From assembly GCA_964497535.1 (NCBI GenBank), contig CAZCCG010000001.1:2688-66687 (forward strand): a stretch of 64,000 nt of DNA, written 5' to 3'. Source of the stretch: an uncultured Gammaproteobacteria bacterium. GTDB taxonomy: Bacteria; Patescibacteriota; Microgenomatia; Levybacterales; UBA12049. The translations under genes and the position numbers were made by a program. Below the pieces are notes generated by a model, which was not told the DNA's origin, made no database searches, and saw only the letters and a program-made list of their open reading frames with translations. Numbering within the stretch: position 1 is the stretch's first letter; each line of letters begins with the position of its first letter. Shown in pieces: positions 19,290 through 29,381 of this stretch.

Positions 19290-20087
19290 ATGGTGAAAAA
19301 ACTTCCTAAAACTCTCACAACAGTCACCCGATTCTCCAAAACCCTTGCTTTCATTCTCTTTTTCACATTCCCCCTTGCCGGATTCTTGCTCGGCATGCAG
19401 TACCAACAAGCAGTTACTATGCAAAGCATGTTATCTGAACCGCAAAATAGCAAACGCATCCCTACCCCAAAAAATAATCCTGCAAATTGGAGAACATTTA
19501 TCAATAAAAAAATAGGATTCAGCTTTTCATATCCAGATAAATATAAATACTTACAAGAATATTTTGATAACTTTAAGTTGTCAAAATCAGGTTCTATAGC
19601 AGTACAAGATTATGATGGGTACAAACCTGTTCCGGATTCTTTTTTCCAGTTCTATATTAATATCTACGAAAATCCTAATCTATCCTTAGATCAATATGTG
19701 AATAATCTGAGAACTACCATAAAAGGACTCTCACCAAACCATACACTCGCTGAAACATCATCTGAAGTGATCAATGGAGTTACGGCAATACGAGGGCAGG
19801 AAATGGTTCATTATCAGCTTGTACCAGCTGTTTGGTTTAAATATAAAACATACTTATTTACTGTACAAATGTCTACTTCCGATCCAAATAATATAAAGAT
19901 ATTTAACCAAATTCTTTCAACTTTCAAATTCGCCGATCAACCCCAATCAAATACAATTTATTCTTGTCCAAAGACAGCTTATGTAAATTGTATGCCGGGA
20001 CCAGGAGTACAAAAACCAGAATGTTCCGGGGATTATTTGAAGTGGGCCAAGACCAACTGTCCTGGCTTCCAGGGCGGAGCCCTCTAA
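19290..20087 (+). CDS. membrane-anchored PsbP-like domain protein with Cys-rich C-terminus
   Basis: TM, WRTFINKKIGFSFSYP, FNQILSTFKF, 4-Cys tail. Confidence 0.75.
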   Translation: MVKKLPKTLTTVTRFSKTLAFILFFTFPLAGFLLGMQYQQAVTMQSMLSEPQNSKRIPTPKNNPANWRTFINKKIGFSFSYPDKYKYLQEYFDNFKLSKSGSIAVQDYDGYKPVPDSFFQFYINIYENPNLSLDQYVNNLRTTIKGLSPNHTLAETSSEVINGVTAIRGQEMVHYQLVPAVWFKYKTYLFTVQMSTSDPNNIKIFNQILSTFKFADQPQSNTIYSCPKTAYVNCMPGPGVQKPECSGDYLKWAKTNCPGFQGGAL

Positions 20088-20121
20088 CTTATACAAAATA
20101 CCATATACTGTATACCATATA

Positions 20122-21945
20122 CTATTTCTTTCCCTGATCTTTATACATTGCGCTCAGTTCTTTTACTGTTGTTATATCTTCTGCTTTTTTATCATCTCGA
20201 AACTTCACAAGTCGTGGAAATCTAAGGGCATACCCTACTCCTTTTGCTCCATCTATAAGCTCCATACCTGCTGTGTGAATAGGACTTCTGGTTATTTCAT
20301 CAGCCAGTACCTCAATGACGATTTGGGGACGGATCCAGACAGAAGGAGTAATGAATGAATTTACCCGTGCTGGTTTGTGATCCACTTTTATCTTATCGGC
20401 ACGTCTGTGGATTTCAGTCCATTCTTCATCGGTAAGCCCCGTACCGATACGAGTTACTGTTACAAACTCATCTTTCTTGTCATCATAGACTCCGACAAGC
20501 AGTGATCCGGCACCAAATGATGTGCGCTTCCCCTTTCCATAGATGTATCCTAGAATCACAACGTCGATGGTGTCATGCAGTTCCCCGGCACTATGGCGCT
20601 TGAGTTTTACCCAATTAAAATTTCTTCCTCCTGCTACGTATCCAGAATCAGGCCGCTTCACTACAACCCCTTCAAGACCTTTGGAGATAGAATCATCAAG
20701 CATCAACTGTAATTCTTCAGGTTTATGTAATATTTTCCCCGGTGCCGGGATTAGCGTGTCATCACCCTGAATTGATTCCTTAAGCAATTTCATACGCTGA
20801 GTCAGGGGTGTATCAAGGAGAGATTTCCCATCAACATACAGAATGTCAAAGACAAACGCTTTGAGGGGAAGTTGTTTTGCTGTTTCTTCAATGTTGTGTT
20901 TGCGGCGTCTTTTGGTTGTTTCCTGAAACGGTAAAAATTCTTCTGATTCAGCATTGTAAGCTAATGCTTCTGAATCAAGTATTACCGTTTTTGCTTTTAC
21001 TTGTTTGAGTGTTCCTTCGATGAGTTCCGGGAACATATGGGTCATTGTTTCTAAGTTTCTGGAATACATCTCAACCTTAGTACCATTCTTGTGTATTTGC
21101 ACTCTGAACCCATCGTATTTTGGAGTTGCATGAACTCCCTGTCCAACTTGCCCTGAGCCTGCCGAAGGAGCTTGCCCTGAGCCTGCCGAAGGAGCTTGCC
21201 CTGAGCCTGCCGAAGGGTCCATCTTCTCAAATACTTTGGTGGGATTTGGGAGCCGTTCACAGAGTTCTGATCGAATGGGACGGCCAACCGTTACTTTTAA
21301 CTTCTCCACTGCCTTGAGACCATCTTCACAAAGCGTCTTACCAATAAGCCCCAGATCTGATGTTTCATTGTATGCTTTTTCAAGCAGTTTACGATTACTC
21401 TTATCTCCCAATATTGCCGTAGCCAACCCATCCAACACGGTCGGGTCTCCAATCCCAAGCCGATTGTTTCCAAGCGGTATCCGAACCAGATGTTTTGCAG
21501 CTACAGCATCCATATGCTCCAGAAGTTGCCTGAGTGCGGTTATTTTTTTCTCAACAGACCCTGCACCACCAAACTGCGCAATCTTGGTCAGCTCGTTAAA
21601 CACAGTTGTTACTGACAGTTCTTCTTTTTTTCCTTTGTGTCGTTTATGTTGTGCTAATTCAAAAGCAACAAGACCCAAATCTCCTTTTTTGTTGTAATCT
21701 GTAAGTACTTCATCTTTGGAAAGTCCAAACGCTTCTCCAATACTTTGTGCAACCATCTTGTCAGCCATGCCAATCTCAACCGGTGAGAAAAATGGCCCTA
21801 CTCTGCCTTGTGTGAGATAAATAATTTTATCAATCTCCTCTTTTTGAGCAGCTTTAAATAGATCAGACAAAATCTCGATGAGCTTCAACCGGGATGGCGT
21901 CTGCTCAAGTTTTTCAAAATATTCACTGAGAGTAGTAAATTTCAT
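20122..21945 (-). CDS. lig: ATP-dependent DNA ligase (archaeal-type)
   Basis: KYDGFR motif I, ILDSE, FVFDIL, EGVVVK, WVKLK, ALRFPR. Confidence 0.96.
   Translation of the reverse strand: MKFTTLSEYFEKLEQTPSRLKLIEILSDLFKAAQKEEIDKIIYLTQGRVGPFFSPVEIGMADKMVAQSIGEAFGLSKDEVLTDYNKKGDLGLVAFELAQHKRHKGKKEELSVTTVFNELTKIAQFGGAGSVEKKITALRQLLEHMDAVAAKHLVRIPLGNNRLGIGDPTVLDGLATAILGDKSNRKLLEKAYNETSDLGLIGKTLCEDGLKAVEKLKVTVGRPIRSELCERLPNPTKVFEKMDPSAGSGQAPSAGSGQAPSAGSGQVGQGVHATPKYDGFRVQIHKNGTKVEMYSRNLETMTHMFPELIEGTLKQVKAKTVILDSEALAYNAESEEFLPFQETTKRRRKHNIEETAKQLPLKAFVFDILYVDGKSLLDTPLTQRMKLLKESIQGDDTLIPAPGKILHKPEELQLMLDDSISKGLEGVVVKRPDSGYVAGGRNFNWVKLKRHSAGELHDTIDVVILGYIYGKGKRTSFGAGSLLVGVYDDKKDEFVTVTRIGTGLTDEEWTEIHRRADKIKVDHKPARVNSFITPSVWIRPQIVIEVLADEITRSPIHTAGMELIDGAKGVGYALRFPRLVKFRDDKKAEDITTVKELSAMYKDQGKK
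21147..21216. repeat. 3 x 24-bp in-frame tandem repeat inside the ligase gene
   Basis: CTTGCCCTGAGCCTGCCGAAGGAG x3 (last copy 22 bp), encoding PSAGSGQ(A/V). Confidence 0.97.
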
Positions 21946-21948
21946 AGA

Positions 21949-22530
21949 TTATTTTTTTGCAATAATAATAGTATCTTCTGCAAGATAAGGGGCAACCTGA
22001 GCTTGTTTTGGATAGACGAGTTCCTGCTCGATTGAGACTCTTCCGGGAATAAGCTGTTTGATAAAATCCGAAGCATTGGAACTATTGGTAGTAATAAAAA
22101 AGATTCCTCCAATCTTTAGCTGGGCAAAACATTTACGTAACGTCATCGGCCACATATTTGGTTCATTTTCAGCCTCAAAGTGCCGTAAGACTATGATGTC
22201 ATAATCACGCTCCGGAAGCATATTTTGATATACCAAATCGCCGATGCGATACGTCATGTCTACGACACTTCCATCCAGTACTTTTTGGGTAACTTCCTTG
22301 TCTTCCGGCCGAAGAAATACTCCCACAAAGCGAGGATGGACCCCGCGAGAAGAGAAATACTGCTGAAACGGCCAGATTTCAATCCCCGGTCCGTTACTGA
22401 TAACGGCGATATCTACTTCTTTTTGATCAGGAGAAAGATACCGGACAATTCCTGAGGCGCTGAGGATGCTTTGAAATGATTGCTCTGCACGCTCCCATAC
22501 AGACGGCTGTGGATTTTTTTGGTTATCCAT
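21949..22530 (-). CDS. degenerate class I SAM-methyltransferase-like protein
   Basis: NGPG, YDIIVLRH, LKIGGIFFIT pattern. Confidence 0.55.
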   Translation of the reverse strand: MDNQKNPQPSVWERAEQSFQSILSASGIVRYLSPDQKEVDIAVISNGPGIEIWPFQQYFSSRGVHPRFVGVFLRPEDKEVTQKVLDGSVVDMTYRIGDLVYQNMLPERDYDIIVLRHFEAENEPNMWPMTLRKCFAQLKIGGIFFITTNSSNASDFIKQLIPGRVSIEQELVYPKQAQVAPYLAEDTIIIAKK

Positions 22531-22531
22531 A

Positions 22532-23581
22532 TTAGTTCATGATATATCTGGCGCCTTTCGTACTTCCATGCTTTTTGATTATACCACTCATAACCAGACC
22601 TTTTATCTCATTTAATACTGTATCTTCAGATACCATGGGAAAGAGCGTTTTAAACCCCTGGTTTTGTAAATATCCTGTTTTTTGAATATACTCAATAATG
22701 GTCAATTGCCGCTGTGTGAGCATTACCGGTTTGCCGCCAAGCTTTTCCCGCATTTTTGCGTCTACTGAAATCGTTTCTACCTTCTCTTTGATTTTTGACA
22801 GTTCAATACTCAATCCTTGCGTAAAATACTCAAGCCAAACAGTCAGATCACCATTCGTACGGCCCACCGATTGCAAAGCTTCGTAGTACTGATTCGCATC
22901 ATTATCAAAATATTCTTCTAAAGAGAAGAATTTCCGAATATCATACCCTTGCGTAAAAAGAATGAATGTCGATAACGCCCTTCCAACTCTCCCGTTACCT
23001 TCAACAAAGGGATGGATTCGTACAAATTCATAATGTACTGCCCCACTTCGAAGTACCGGATGGATATCTCCTGAGTCAGGACTATTAATAAACTCAATCA
23101 AAGCATCAATAGTTGGTTCTACTTCAGAGGGTGGTGGTGGACGAAACGTTACTTCTCCGGTAATGCTGCTTTTAATAACAACTGATGTCTTTCGATATAC
23201 TCCCTGCAGCTCATCCGGAATAATCCGATCGAGTGTTAGTTTGTGGAGGTAAAGGATCAACTCTGTGTTCAGTTTCGCTGAATTAGACTGATGAGCTTGA
23301 CCAATATACTCTATGACTTTTCTGTAATTGATGACTTCCTGGATGTCCCGCTGTCTGGCAACTACTTCTTGACCAAGCATTACTTTCTCAGCTTGTGTAA
23401 GGTTGAGAGCATTTCCTTCAATATGAGTACCATGGTATGCAGTACGTACCAATGCATCCTTTTGAAACTCTTTCTCATAGTATGGCAAGAGAGGCGCATG
23501 GTCAATCACTTCTCTGCATGCTTCAATCAGTCCGATGTTTTTGAGAATTGCGTTGGTAATACGAAAGTGAGGAGTATACAT
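22532..23581 (-). CDS. Fic family protein with C-terminal wHTH
   Basis: THIEGN, HPFVEGNGRVGR. Confidence 0.93.
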   Translation of the reverse strand: MYTPHFRITNAILKNIGLIEACREVIDHAPLLPYYEKEFQKDALVRTAYHGTHIEGNALNLTQAEKVMLGQEVVARQRDIQEVINYRKVIEYIGQAHQSNSAKLNTELILYLHKLTLDRIIPDELQGVYRKTSVVIKSSITGEVTFRPPPPSEVEPTIDALIEFINSPDSGDIHPVLRSGAVHYEFVRIHPFVEGNGRVGRALSTFILFTQGYDIRKFFSLEEYFDNDANQYYEALQSVGRTNGDLTVWLEYFTQGLSIELSKIKEKVETISVDAKMREKLGGKPVMLTQRQLTIIEYIQKTGYLQNQGFKTLFPMVSEDTVLNEIKGLVMSGIIKKHGSTKGARYIMN

Positions 23582-23696
23582 TTGTATGAATCATGAAATA
23601 ACCTTTATTCATAATTCGTTATTCCTAATTCGGATTTAATTACCGCATATTTCCCGAATAAAGTCAACAGGAGAGGTAGTATGATATACTATTCCT

Positions 23697-23963
23697 ATGG
23701 CTGAACAAACACAGAAAGAAAAAAAGCAGCTCCATATTGAGGTAGTGCGCCAAATGATTACGCTCTCAACCGCGGGATTTGGCCTCGTAGCAGCCCTGGC
23801 GTGGAATAGCTTTATCCAAGAGTTCGTAAATAGTTATATTAAAAAATGGCTTCCGGGAGGAGGACTCATTTCCCTGCTCATCTATGCTATTATCATTACA
23901 GCCTTGGCAGTCTTTGTAACGCTCCAGCTCACGCATCTCCTAGACAGATTATCAAAGAAGTAA
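23697..23963 (+). CDS. DUF5654-like small membrane protein
   Basis: TAGFGLVAALAWN motif; TGnTATACT 6 nt before ATG. Confidence 0.8.
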   Translation: MAEQTQKEKKQLHIEVVRQMITLSTAGFGLVAALAWNSFIQEFVNSYIKKWLPGGGLISLLIYAIIITALAVFVTLQLTHLLDRLSKK

Positions 23964-24012
23964 TCGGCTCTCCTCAATATAATATTTATAACTTTTATAA
24001 CAATTATAAATT

Positions 24013-24684
24013 TTATAGCTCTCTTTTCTTCCAATACCGTATTCCCCACCAAATTATGATTCCGATTATCACGACAATTGTAAAGTATTTGACAAAGAAT
24101 TCCACAAGGATCACCCCAACTATATATGCCAGAGTTCCCCATATCAAACTCCAGAGAAGCTGAGACAGGAAGCTAATCAAAAGAAACTCAGGGAATGGTA
24201 TTTTGATAATCCCGGCAGCAGTTGAGAGAAATGACGCGCTTGCCGGGTGCAAATAGCCTAAAAACAGTGTTTTTTTTCTGTGGTGTCTCAACTTGTGCTC
24301 TGCTGATACAATCCCCTTCTCAAGTCCAAATCGTGCCAATAGATGATATAACCCAAAGCGTCCTAAGAAATAATTAATACATTGGGCACTGACAAATCCT
24401 ATTGTTGCCAGAATAATAACTAAGGGAAACTGAAGGGTTCCGGTTTTTGAAAGAGCAGCCCCCAACAAAATTGCTGTGGAACCGGGAACATATAATCCAA
24501 TAGGAAATGACCCTTCAAGAAGTGCTGATATAAATACGACTGGATAGCCATAGTGACGATAAAAGTCTTGTAACCAAAGGAGAATTCCGTCAGCATTGGG
24601 GATTTTGTCTCTGAACAAAAGAAAAAGAATACCATAGAAGAAAGTAAGAATAAGAATGGGGAGAAACTGTTTGAGGTGCTGCAT
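24013..24684 (-). CDS. DedA family membrane protein
   Basis: LLEG...GLYVPG, NYFLGR, AAG. Confidence 0.88.
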   Translation of the reverse strand: MQHLKQFLPILILTFFYGILFLLFRDKIPNADGILLWLQDFYRHYGYPVVFISALLEGSFPIGLYVPGSTAILLGAALSKTGTLQFPLVIILATIGFVSAQCINYFLGRFGLYHLLARFGLEKGIVSAEHKLRHHRKKTLFLGYLHPASASFLSTAAGIIKIPFPEFLLISFLSQLLWSLIWGTLAYIVGVILVEFFVKYFTIVVIIGIIIWWGIRYWKKREL

Positions 24685-25535
24685 CACGATTGTTGTAAAA
24701 GATCCTTCATGGTATGAGGTATCTCAAGTGCCAAATCAGAAGCATTGAAGTACAGACCCATGGTAGAAAAGAGTGCTTCTCCAGCCTTTTTATTGATATA
24801 ACTACCGGCCTGCGCTGCCAAAAACGGTTCATTCTTTGTCGCAAGTGCTGCGACAAGCCCTGCCAATACATCACCTGTACCGCCTTTCGTCATCCCGGCA
24901 TTTCCTCCCAAAACTTCTACTGTCTCACTCCCATTGGAAACACTATCCTTCTCCCCCTTCAGCAAAACAATACACTTATATTCCTCCGCAAAAATCTGTG
25001 TTTGTTCTTGCAATTGATCTGTTGTTTTAAGCTTTTCGCTTTTCACTTTTCGCTTTATTATTTCGAATTCTTTCGGATGCGGTGTCAGGATTGCATTTCG
25101 GGGAATATACTCAGGTTCTATTGTCTGCAAACTTCCCCCATCAATTACCCACTTTTTATGGGGATATTTTTTGAGCAACCGCTCTGTTAATTCTTTTGTA
25201 TCATCATCCCCTGTTTCTTGACCATCAGCTCGTGGCAACCCGGGCCCAATAAGGATTGCATCTGCTTCTTCCATATAATCATCTACTTTCCCTCGAGGAA
25301 CAATAATACCGTTTCTAAATTCTTCCTTGAGTTTTTCAACAATCTGATTGTTCTCGTCCACTGATGAATAAAACACCATATCAACAATTCGAGATGCGAT
25401 TTGAAGAGCCCAGAGAGATGCGGCATGAAACAAACGGGATCCCCCAATAATCATAAGTTTCCCATTCATCCCCTTGTGAGAATCCGGTGCTGGAATATAA
25501 AGATTATGTAATATTTCAGGATCGAATGATTTCAT
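24684..25535 (-). CDS. nnrD: NAD(P)H-hydrate dehydratase (YjeF C-terminal domain)
   Basis: SHKGMNGK..IIGGS, IGPGL, LTPHPKEF, GGTGDVLAG. Confidence 0.92.
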   Translation of the reverse strand: MKSFDPEILHNLYIPAPDSHKGMNGKLMIIGGSRLFHAASLWALQIASRIVDMVFYSSVDENNQIVEKLKEEFRNGIIVPRGKVDDYMEEADAILIGPGLPRADGQETGDDDTKELTERLLKKYPHKKWVIDGGSLQTIEPEYIPRNAILTPHPKEFEIIKRKVKSEKLKTTDQLQEQTQIFAEEYKCIVLLKGEKDSVSNGSETVEVLGGNAGMTKGGTGDVLAGLVAALATKNEPFLAAQAGSYINKKAGEALFSTMGLYFNASDLALEIPHTMKDLLQQS

Positions 25536-26581
25536 ATAGATAATTCTATCATCTTTGGCTTCTTTTTGAGTTGCTCAGTCACAAACTCCTTGTGAGTTGT
25601 AGTGAGAATTGTCTGCTGTTTTCCAATCGTATCCAAAACAAGCTGTATATGTCCTGCATCCAGTTCTGAGAAGATATCATCTAGGAGAAGCAGTGGCCGT
25701 TGACCCAAGCGGTCTTCCATGAAAGAGAGTTGCAATACTTTCAACTGTAATATTACTAACCGTTGTTGTCCCCTGGAACCGAATGACTTGACTTCATTCT
25801 GGTCACTTTTATTCATAAAGAGAAAAAAGTCGTCTCGGTGTGGACCCACTAAGGTCACTCCGGCTCCCATCTCAGCATCTTTGTACTGCAGTAGCCGTTC
25901 TTTGGAAATGATACTGCTGTCATACTCCATATGGAAAGGGAAAATGTCTTTTGGCATTTGGTTGAGAAAAGAAATGAATTCTTCCCGCTTACTGCTCACT
26001 TTCTGCCCATTTTCAATAACCATCTGATCCCAATACTCAAAACGGCTTGGATCACGACGCCCCTCTTCACGTGCTTGTTCCAAAAGTGCATTTCTCTGTC
26101 TGATCCCTTTTTCATAATTGGAAAGTGCTAATCTATACTCATGGTCGACCTGCTCCAATACCTCATTGAGAAACCGCCGCCGTTGTCCTGGAGAGCCAAT
26201 AACAACATCCAGATCAAGAGGAGTAAATAACACAAGCGGTAGTTTCCCCATAAAATCTACTCTCCGTCTGGCAATCCCATTGATTAAAAATTTCTTGAGC
26301 ATACTATGATGAGCAGAAATCTCAGGCGTTGCAACTATGATTTCAAGTTCTGTATCTCCTACTGTTCCCTGAATACGAGCCAATGATGATCCCTGATGGA
26401 TTAAGTCTTTTTCTTTTTCCGAACGAAAACTTTTACCAACTGAGAGCATATAGATAGCCTCAACACAATTGGATTTCCCCGCGGTATTGGGACCAACGAT
26501 AACAGTCAGCTTTGGATCAAATTGGAATTGGCTTTGGGAGTAACTTCTGAAATTTTGAAGAGATATATGAGATAAAAGCAT
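25532..26581 (-). CDS. recF: DNA replication/repair protein RecF
   Basis: NFRSY, GPNTAGKS, GPHRDD, GSRGQQR, LLLDDIFSELD. Confidence 0.96.
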   Translation of the reverse strand: MLLSHISLQNFRSYSQSQFQFDPKLTVIVGPNTAGKSNCVEAIYMLSVGKSFRSEKEKDLIHQGSSLARIQGTVGDTELEIIVATPEISAHHSMLKKFLINGIARRRVDFMGKLPLVLFTPLDLDVVIGSPGQRRRFLNEVLEQVDHEYRLALSNYEKGIRQRNALLEQAREEGRRDPSRFEYWDQMVIENGQKVSSKREEFISFLNQMPKDIFPFHMEYDSSIISKERLLQYKDAEMGAGVTLVGPHRDDFFLFMNKSDQNEVKSFGSRGQQRLVILQLKVLQLSFMEDRLGQRPLLLLDDIFSELDAGHIQLVLDTIGKQQTILTTTHKEFVTEQLKKKPKMIELSI

Positions 26582-26592
26582 TGTTGTGCGGA

Positions 26593-27288
26593 CTAGTCTA
26601 TCACGGTTCCGACAAAATCATTGCCTTCCAGATAGTTATTGATGTTCTCAAAATCCTCACCGCTTAAGACCACAACTCGCGCATTCAGTTCTTGAGCTTT
26701 ATGTGCAGCAACGGGGTCAAACGGCGCATTGAGGCCTGGTGTCCATTCCTCAGGAATTAATTTTCTAAACTCTTCCCATTTAATATGATCAATTGGTTTT
26801 GCGTCAGGATTTATTTTGGGATCTGCATCATAGACTTGTTTGATATTACTTAAATTCAGGATTGTTTTTACATTGTAGTCTTCAGACAGAAGCATTGCGC
26901 AGTAATCAGTAGACCATCCCGGTTTCCAACCTGAAGCAACAACAACTGGTTCTGTGGCTTTTCGAATGATTTCATAGTGTTCAATAATATGAGGATGGGC
27001 AATATCACGAAAGATAGTTCTCATGAGGTGTCCATTGAGACGGCTGGAGTGAATACCCAGCCAATCCAAATCATCACGGGTTAACTCTCCAATAACTGCT
27101 GACCCTGCTTCAATATAATGTCTGGCTGTTGCTCCTCCCCCTGTAACTAAAAAAAACTGGCGATTGCGGTTTTCTGCCAGTTTTCTGCGGATAAATTCAT
27201 TGAGTTTTTTGAGAAACTCTATATTAATTCCTCCATTGGGGACAATAAGTGACCCCCCAACGGAAATGATAATTCTATCTTCATACAT
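26593..27288 (-). CDS. pyrH: UMP kinase (archaeal-type)
   Basis: SVGGS, GGGATARHY, DWLGI, PGWSTD, YDADPK, APFDPVAA. Confidence 0.9.
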   Translation of the reverse strand: MYEDRIIISVGGSLIVPNGGINIEFLKKLNEFIRRKLAENRNRQFFLVTGGGATARHYIEAGSAVIGELTRDDLDWLGIHSSRLNGHLMRTIFRDIAHPHIIEHYEIIRKATEPVVVASGWKPGWSTDYCAMLLSEDYNVKTILNLSNIKQVYDADPKINPDAKPIDHIKWEEFRKLIPEEWTPGLNAPFDPVAAHKAQELNARVVVLSGEDFENINNYLEGNDFVGTVID

Positions 27289-27389
27289 GCTCCCCATACT
27301 TAAAAGTCTTAAAGGATATGGTACCACGAATTAGATAAAAAAACAACCTAAATCCGCAAATATCTGCTATTAATCAGTGTAAATCTACA

Positions 27390-28280
27390 TTACTTCTGGC
27401 ACGCAAGACATACATACGTACCCCGGCCGGCAAGCATATACTTCTCAAGCAGAGTTCCACAAACTTTACATGGTTGTCCTTGCCGTCCGTATACCAAGAA
27501 ATGTTTTTGGTAGCTTCCTTCCTGCCCCAATGCATTTATATAACTGAGTTCACTTGCTCCTCCATATTTTAACCCTTTGCGTAATACTTCAAGAAGCGAC
27601 TCATACAGAATTTTTACTTCATTTTCTGTGAGTGAATTCGCCGGCCGTTTAGGATCAATTTTGGCAAGAAATAATCCGTCATTGGCATAGATATTGCCAA
27701 TTCCTCCAATCTTTTTCTGATCCATCAGAAGCACCTTGATAGCTGTTTTTGATTTAGAAAGTATTTCCTCAAATTTCTCAAGCGTTATTGTCCCCTTTTT
27801 ATCGGATGGATCCATTGGCAACTCCGGTCCCAGTTCTTTGAAAAAGACTAACTTTTGTAATTCACCAGGTGGCACGATTTTAATCCATCCAAATTGTCGA
27901 AAGTCATTGTAATACAAATAAGCTGCTTTACCTTTTTCGCTTTCAGCTTTTAGCTTGAATATCACATGAGTCCATTTGTTGGGTAACGTACTGTAGGTGC
28001 CTTTGATAACTTTTATTTCTTTCGGGGGATGATTACTTTCATCCATATAGACAAGCTGGCCAGTAAGCTTAATGTGAATTGCAATTGAGTATCCGTTATC
28101 CAGCTCAATCACCAATCCCTTTCCAAATCGTTCTACTTTAGTGACTTTTGCACCAATAATATGCTCTATCTCTCCCTGGACAATTTTTTCCAAACGGACT
28201 TCAACATCCTCAATCGTATGTCCCACAAGATATTTCTGTAGTCCCAATCTAATAGTTTCCACCTCAGGTAATTCTGGCAT
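27390..28280 (-). CDS. mutM: formamidopyrimidine-DNA glycosylase
   Basis: starts MPELPEVE; GIGNIYA; C-terminal CKVC...CLACQ zinc finger. Confidence 0.96.
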   Translation of the reverse strand: MPELPEVETIRLGLQKYLVGHTIEDVEVRLEKIVQGEIEHIIGAKVTKVERFGKGLVIELDNGYSIAIHIKLTGQLVYMDESNHPPKEIKVIKGTYSTLPNKWTHVIFKLKAESEKGKAAYLYYNDFRQFGWIKIVPPGELQKLVFFKELGPELPMDPSDKKGTITLEKFEEILSKSKTAIKVLLMDQKKIGGIGNIYANDGLFLAKIDPKRPANSLTENEVKILYESLLEVLRKGLKYGGASELSYINALGQEGSYQKHFLVYGRQGQPCKVCGTLLEKYMLAGRGTYVCLACQK

Positions 28281-28399
28281 ATTGCATATTGTAACACAGG
28301 TTATTGAATATAAAATAACGCTCTGGTATAGTGACTGCGCGCACTCAAATTGTTGAGAGGTGCAGCACATTAACTAGTGGTTGTGGAGAAAGTATAAAG

Positions 28400-28579
28400 A
28401 TGTTTGAAGAACTCGTAGGATTTCTGACTACGCGACCGATTGCTGCAGGTGCTTTAGTAACGGCAGGATTTGCCTATGTTTCCTGTGTCCTCGGCCAGAT
28501 AAAATTCTCTCGATATTGCCTGGGAATAGGATGTACACTTCTTTTGATTGAAGTGATACGCATGCGCTTGACATCCTAA
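28400..28579 (+). CDS. 59-aa 2-TM orphan
   Basis: GGAG upstream of ATG 28400; first of four closely packed SD-led ORFs. Confidence 0.5.
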   Translation: MFEELVGFLTTRPIAAGALVTAGFAYVSCVLGQIKFSRYCLGIGCTLLLIEVIRMRLTS

Positions 28580-28592
28580 TAAGGAGATGATC

Positions 28593-28865
28593 ATGAACCG
28601 AGCCAAAAACCTCTTTACCCTGAATATGCTGGGTATGATTCTGTTAGCTGTTCTCAGCGCAGGATGTTTGCCGAATAGGCAAAACATGTATCCATCTCAA
28701 GGAGGATTTAATCCTCTGATAAAACCGACCTCGGTCATCGCGCAAGCAACCCCAACAGTAGCGCCAAGAATGTCCAACGGCATCTACCCGGATATAGAAA
28801 CCCAACGAGCCATGATGCTACTCATCATCAGACCCATAGGAGGACTCGATGTGGCAACGGATTAA
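28593..28865 (+). CDS. small orphan with lipobox-like signal peptide
   Basis: SD AAGGAG at 28581-28586; ILLAVLSAG-C. Confidence 0.55.
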   Translation: MNRAKNLFTLNMLGMILLAVLSAGCLPNRQNMYPSQGGFNPLIKPTSVIAQATPTVAPRMSNGIYPDIETQRAMMLLIIRPIGGLDVATD

Positions 28866-29043
28866 GCATCTTCTCGGATCCAAGTGGACCATGGGGTTTC
28901 TGGCATTTCTTGTAGCAGTGGGTTTCATTGCAGCCAAAAAACCGGAACTGGTGAAGGAGGTCAACGGCCCCTGGTGGGTTAGCGTCACGAGTGCCTTCTC
29001 TCTGCTCTGGAGTTGGCTACATCACCGAAACAAAGACGAGTAG
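28849..29043 (+). CDS. 64-aa 2-TM orphan
   Basis: SD AGGAGG before GTG. Confidence 0.55.
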   Translation: MWQRIKHLLGSKWTMGFLAFLVAVGFIAAKKPELVKEVNGPWWVSVTSAFSLLWSWLHHRNKDE

Positions 29044-29054
29044 GAGTGACTCTC

Positions 29055-29330
29055 ATGCTTATACTTGCACTAGTGATTGCGGGCGTAGTCTTTGAGGGAC
29101 TTTGCCTGGTAGGACTCTACTCTATCGGAGGCCGCCACTTGGTCGAAAACGGCATCTTCTTCAGTTGCGAAGCAGTTCTGAGTGGATTTGTCCTGTGGCG
29201 CTCGGCTCTTTGGGCAGACACGATGAAGTCCTGGAGACAGCATCTGGCTGTTGGTCTCTGTATGATCGCAGCCTTCTTTACCATCCTCAGTGTAGTAGCC
29301 CTCACGCTACCCTTTATCTTGTTTGACTGA
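29055..29330 (+). CDS. 91-aa 3-TM orphan
   Basis: SD AGGAG before ATG 29055. Confidence 0.55.
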   Translation: MLILALVIAGVVFEGLCLVGLYSIGGRHLVENGIFFSCEAVLSGFVLWRSALWADTMKSWRQHLAVGLCMIAAFFTILSVVALTLPFILFD

Positions 29331-29344
29331 CCCTACAACCACCC

Positions 29345-29376
29345 AAAAGCCCCCCGCTTCGGGGGGCTTCACTTTT
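29345..29376. terminator. probable bidirectional intrinsic terminator
   Basis: AAAAGCCCCCCG-CTT-CGGGGGGCTT between convergent genes. Confidence 0.8.
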
Positions 29377-29381
29377 CTGCT

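Noticed and set aside
21147-21216. possible mini-CRISPR
   Set aside because: Tandem 24-mers with no spacers, in frame within the ligase; no cas genes.
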